Source of the DNA: a virus
Taxonomy: Duplodnaviria > Caudoviricetes
Strand: one strand, 5' to 3'
Virus record (IMG/VR): IMGVR_UViG_3300028326_000020
Coordinates: 1-27,925 of that record
DNA: 27,925 bases
Shown here: in pieces, positions 24,971 through 27,925 of the stretch
Layout: each line of letters opens with the position of its first letter
How positions within the stretch are numbered: the stretch's first letter is position 1
Notes under the pieces: model-generated
What the model was told of the DNA's origin: nothing
The model's database searches: none
What the model saw: the letters and a program-made list of their open reading frames with translations, nothing else
Made by a program: the position numbers and the translations under genes

Positions 24971-26914
24971 ATGATCAAGGATTTGAAAATAACGACATAT
25001 GCCAAGAATGTTAAAGACCTTTCTGACACGCCAAACAGCGACGGCCTTACTGCTGCACAGCTGAAGGCTTACTTTGACGGACGGACAGATGAAGAGGTGA
25101 AGACGCAGTTCAATGCGCTTCTTGATTACCTTTATAATCTTGGTGTCGATACACTGGTTATATCAAGCGATGTTAGACACATCAGAATAAACAGCGATAA
25201 GCAGCTGGAGACATCAGTTGATGGAGTGACGTGGGAAGCAACCGGATCATCAGGTCATGTGATCGTTGATGGCAATGGTACATCATATGCGCAGCGGTCA
25301 CGTCTTAAATTCACAAATGTTACTATTGAAGACGATGGCATCAACACCGTAATTCATGGGATTACCGGCCCACAGGGACCGCAGGGTATCCAGGGTATTC
25401 AAGGCCCACAGGGAGTAAAAGGCGATACCGGAACAACAGGTTCAGTTTTAGTTCCTACTGTAAACAACAGCGGAATAATTTCATGGACAATTCAGTCTGA
25501 TCCTATTATTCCTGCACCTAAATCTATTCAAGGCCCGCAGGGAGTACAGGGCGTTCAAGGCCCACAGGGATTGACAGGCCCGACAGGTCCGCAAGGCCCG
25601 ACAGGCCCAGAAGGCCCACAGGGAATCCAGGGCATACAGGGAACAACTGGAGCGACAGGCCCGCAGGGACCGCAGGGTGTCAAAGGTGATAAGGGCGATA
25701 CCGGTTTAACAGGAGCCGCTGGCCCGCAGGGCGCACAGGGCTTGAAAGGCGATACTGGAGCAACCGGAGCGCAGGGACCAACTGGAGCGCAAGGCGCAAC
25801 CGGCCCAGCCGGTAAAGACGGAACATCACTCTTTGTGCAGGATGTATATCTGACATTAGCGGCACTTAGAAATGCTATTCCTTCCGGTGATGCTTATATG
25901 TATCAGGTGACAGGCGAAGACAATAACTGCTTCATTTGGTCTGAACTGGCTACAGATTGGGTATCTGTTGGCAAACTGCAGGGAGCAACAGGCGCACAGG
26001 GTCCGCAGGGCGCACAGGGCGTACAGGGTCCTGCCGGAACTGCGGCAACTATATCTGTTGGAACAGTAGCGAGCGGAACAACTCCTACAGTCACTAATTC
26101 AGGAACTACTTCAGCAGCAGTTTTCGATTTCGTTTTGCCAAAAGGTGATAAGGGTGATACTGGAGCAACAGGCCCAACTGGTGCTACTGGCCCTCAAGGA
26201 CCTCAAGGTGTGCAGGGCGAACAGGGTCCGCAGGGTTTGCAGGGTGCAACCGGTGCAACCGGAGCGACAGGACCACAGGGAGTACAGGGCCCTTCGGGAT
26301 CTAATGGCGCATCTGCTTATGAACAGGCAGTGGCTGGCGGCTACTTTGATACAGAAGCCAACTTCAAGACTTATCTGTCTAAAATCGGTACGTTCATATC
26401 CAAATTGGTATCACCGGCAGGCGGAAAGGTTCTTCAAAGTGTTTCGGATGGCACATATGTTGAAACAGGCTATACGATAGACCAGTTGGCCAAGACAACA
26501 GATTTGGCAAACTATGCTGCATCAAGCCACTCTCACGTCGAGTCTGAGATCACCGGACTGTCGGCAGATCTAGCTCTGAAGGGCAACACCCAGACCTACA
26601 CCATCACCGACAGCACGACGCTGACAATACCAACATCTGCATGGGTCACCAACACCAACTCACAGGCGGAAACGGCGGAAAAGACTGACTATCCTTACAT
26701 GGCTATTCTGACAATCCCGTCATCGCTCACAGGCGGCAAGGCGGTCACGGCGGATGATACAGGTGAGTCTTTTCCTAATTACGCGGACTCGATAAGCGGA
26801 AACTTTTTCAAGCATTCGTATACTACGGCAGGCGGTCTGATTATCGAGGCGGTGACCAAGCCGACGGCTGCCATGACGCTGCTCCAGGTCAAAATAGAAA
26901 GGCGGTTGAGCTAA
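24971..26914 (+). CDS. Collagen-like (Gly-X-Y) tail fibre protein
   Basis: Several long GPQ/GAT/GDT triplet runs; [11 protein letters not shown] tail-repeat-like motif; distinct C-terminal domain. Confidence 0.88.
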   Translation: MIKDLKITTYAKNVKDLSDTPNSDGLTAAQLKAYFDGRTDEEVKTQFNALLDYLYNLGVDTLVISSDVRHIRINSDKQLETSVDGVTWEATGSSGHVIVDGNGTSYAQRSRLKFTNVTIEDDGINTVIHGITGPQGPQGIQGIQGPQGVKGDTGTTGSVLVPTVNNSGIISWTIQSDPIIPAPKSIQGPQGVQGVQGPQGLTGPTGPQGPTGPEGPQGIQGIQGTTGATGPQGPQGVKGDKGDTGLTGAAGPQGAQGLKGDTGATGAQGPTGAQGATGPAGKDGTSLFVQDVYLTLAALRNAIPSGDAYMYQVTGEDNNCFIWSELATDWVSVGKLQGATGAQGPQGAQGVQGPAGTAATISVGTVASGTTPTVTNSGTTSAAVFDFVLPKGDKGDTGATGPTGATGPQGPQGVQGEQGPQGLQGATGATGATGPQGVQGPSGSNGASAYEQAVAGGYFDTEANFKTYLSKIGTFISKLVSPAGGKVLQSVSDGTYVETGYTIDQLAKTTDLANYAASSHSHVESEITGLSADLALKGNTQTYTITDSTTLTIPTSAWVTNTNSQAETAEKTDYPYMAILTIPSSLTGGKAVTADDTGESFPNYADSISGNFFKHSYTTAGGLIIEAVTKPTAAMTLLQVKIERRLS

Positions 26915-27249
26915 TGAAGATTGATAACAAAGTGGCAGGCGGTAGCAGCAACGATAAGAGCCTTCACATCGTTGCAACCCTTGCAGCTGAAGGAACAACT
27001 ATCACTGTCCCATGCAATTTGAATAAGGTTAACAAGCTAGATTTAATATTCCGAAACATAATGGACTATTCAGAAGCTATGGGTATAGTTATTGATAATT
27101 TCGTTTTCTCTAATGGCGGAATTCTTAGAGGCTTATATCTATCATACACCTTGGCTAACGGGAATCTTACAATAGAAGTTCCACAATATTATAAAAGCAC
27201 ATACAGTGTGAGATTTATTCAGGGCACATATGACATATACGTATCGTAG
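26914..27249 (+). CDS. Small beta-rich fibre-associated protein, paralog 1 ([12 protein letters not shown]...)
   Basis: TAATG-coupled to the fibre gene; N-terminus shared with the two following genes. Confidence 0.8.
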   Translation: MKIDNKVAGGSSNDKSLHIVATLAAEGTTITVPCNLNKVNKLDLIFRNIMDYSEAMGIVIDNFVFSNGGILRGLYLSYTLANGNLTIEVPQYYKSTYSVRFIQGTYDIYVS

Positions 27250-27262
27250 AAAGGAGTTAAAA

Positions 27263-27694
27263 ATGAAAATAGACCTCAAAATTTCATCGGGGGGGGGTAC
27301 TAATTATGGGACTATCACCTCTACCAGTTTGAATTTTACCATCCCGAGTAAAAAAGCACCTGAATTAATCGCAATAGCATTTAATTATAACACGCATGAC
27401 ACATATCATAAAAATATGGTATCGGGCAATATGATGTTAAAACTTAACACCGCAAAAACTGGGTACGATGTTATGACAGAGGGCGTCAACAGTGCAAATA
27501 ATAATGGGCAGCCAAATGGGGAAATCTATGAAAGCGAAGCAGTATCAAGTTCGAAAAAAGCAGGAGATGTTCTTTCCGTAAATCCCACAATCAATACTGA
27601 CGGAACAGTGACTATCACAGGTTTCCTCAAATGTTGGAATGGCTCATATTACAACACAGAGTATATAGATTACGTTTATTGCATTTATGCGTAG
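27263..27694 (+). CDS. Small beta-rich fibre-associated protein, paralog 2 (MKIDLKISSGGGT...), with in-frame G9 tract
   Basis: AAAGGAG RBS before ATG 27263; G9 at 27289-27297. Confidence 0.82.
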   Translation: MKIDLKISSGGGTNYGTITSTSLNFTIPSKKAPELIAIAFNYNTHDTYHKNMVSGNMMLKLNTAKTGYDVMTEGVNSANNNGQPNGEIYESEAVSSSKKAGDVLSVNPTINTDGTVTITGFLKCWNGSYYNTEYIDYVYCIYA

Positions 27695-27707
27695 AAAGGA
27701 AAAAACA

Positions 27708-27925
27708 ATGAAAATACCATTTAATGTAAATGGGGGGGTTCCTCTGATTATAAGGAAATAAGCGGAAGCTTCACACCTACGTCAGATACAAATACAGTAA
27801 TGATTGGCCAGTCAGTTACTGCTGATGACTTAACGGCTTACATTTTACTGATAGACAGCACAAACACTTATGACTATGAAGTGCAATATATTATCATAAG
27901 AAGCATATACTCAAAAACAGTAGGC
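27708..27925 (+). pseudogene. Paralog 3 (MKIPFNVNGG...), frameshifted at a G7 tract; possible phase-OFF allele
   Basis: Stops after 17 aa (TAA 27759-27761); one extra G at 27732-27738 joins it to a frame open for 63 codons to the window end (GSSDYKEISGSFTPTSDTN...). Confidence 0.75.

Larger units (their letters stand above)
394..27925. mobile_element. Temperate phage/prophage (podovirus-like), continuing past the right edge; sequence left of 394 also looks phage-like
   Basis: att core, integrase, CI/Cro/Xis, early genes, terminase, portal, capsid and tail genes in canonical order. Confidence 0.96.

Noticed and set aside
25360-26310. DNA repeats such as GGCCCACAGGG as a separate element or DGR template/variable pair
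   Set aside because: Explained by Gly-X-Y coding; no reverse transcriptase or adenine-specific variant pair seen in the window.
27230-27262. Upstream start MTYTYRRKELK for paralog 2
   Set aside because: ATG 27263 has the RBS and matches the MKI start of its paralogs.

Overview
The window is almost entirely a temperate tailed phage, most likely of a Clostridia/Firmicutes host (inferred from sigma-A-type promoters, strong GGAGG RBSs and the gene families). In order, it carries a tRNA 3'-end att core flanked by arm-type repeats, a tyrosine integrase, a CI/Cro switch with three operators, and an excisionase. A long early operon follows (PcfK/PcfJ, DUF3102, SSB, dATP/dGTP diphosphohydrolase-like, Tad2/DUF2829-like, PC4/YdbC, an HUH rolling-circle-type Rep and an ArpU-like late activator). 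Next is an accessory insert (a promoter-driven structured non-coding RNA converging on an autoregulated acr/aca-like two-gene operon), then a podovirus-like morphogenesis module (TerS, TerL, portal, scaffold, major capsid, adaptor, nozzle, collagen-like fibre). The most striking signal is at the right end: a tandem array of small paralogous genes after the tail fibre. They share an MKI...GG N-terminus and the same intergenic junction, and two carry poly-G tracts (G9 in frame, G7 out of frame), which looks like an ON/OFF phase-variable receptor-binding repertoire. All family calls are from motif recognition by eye; no searches were run.
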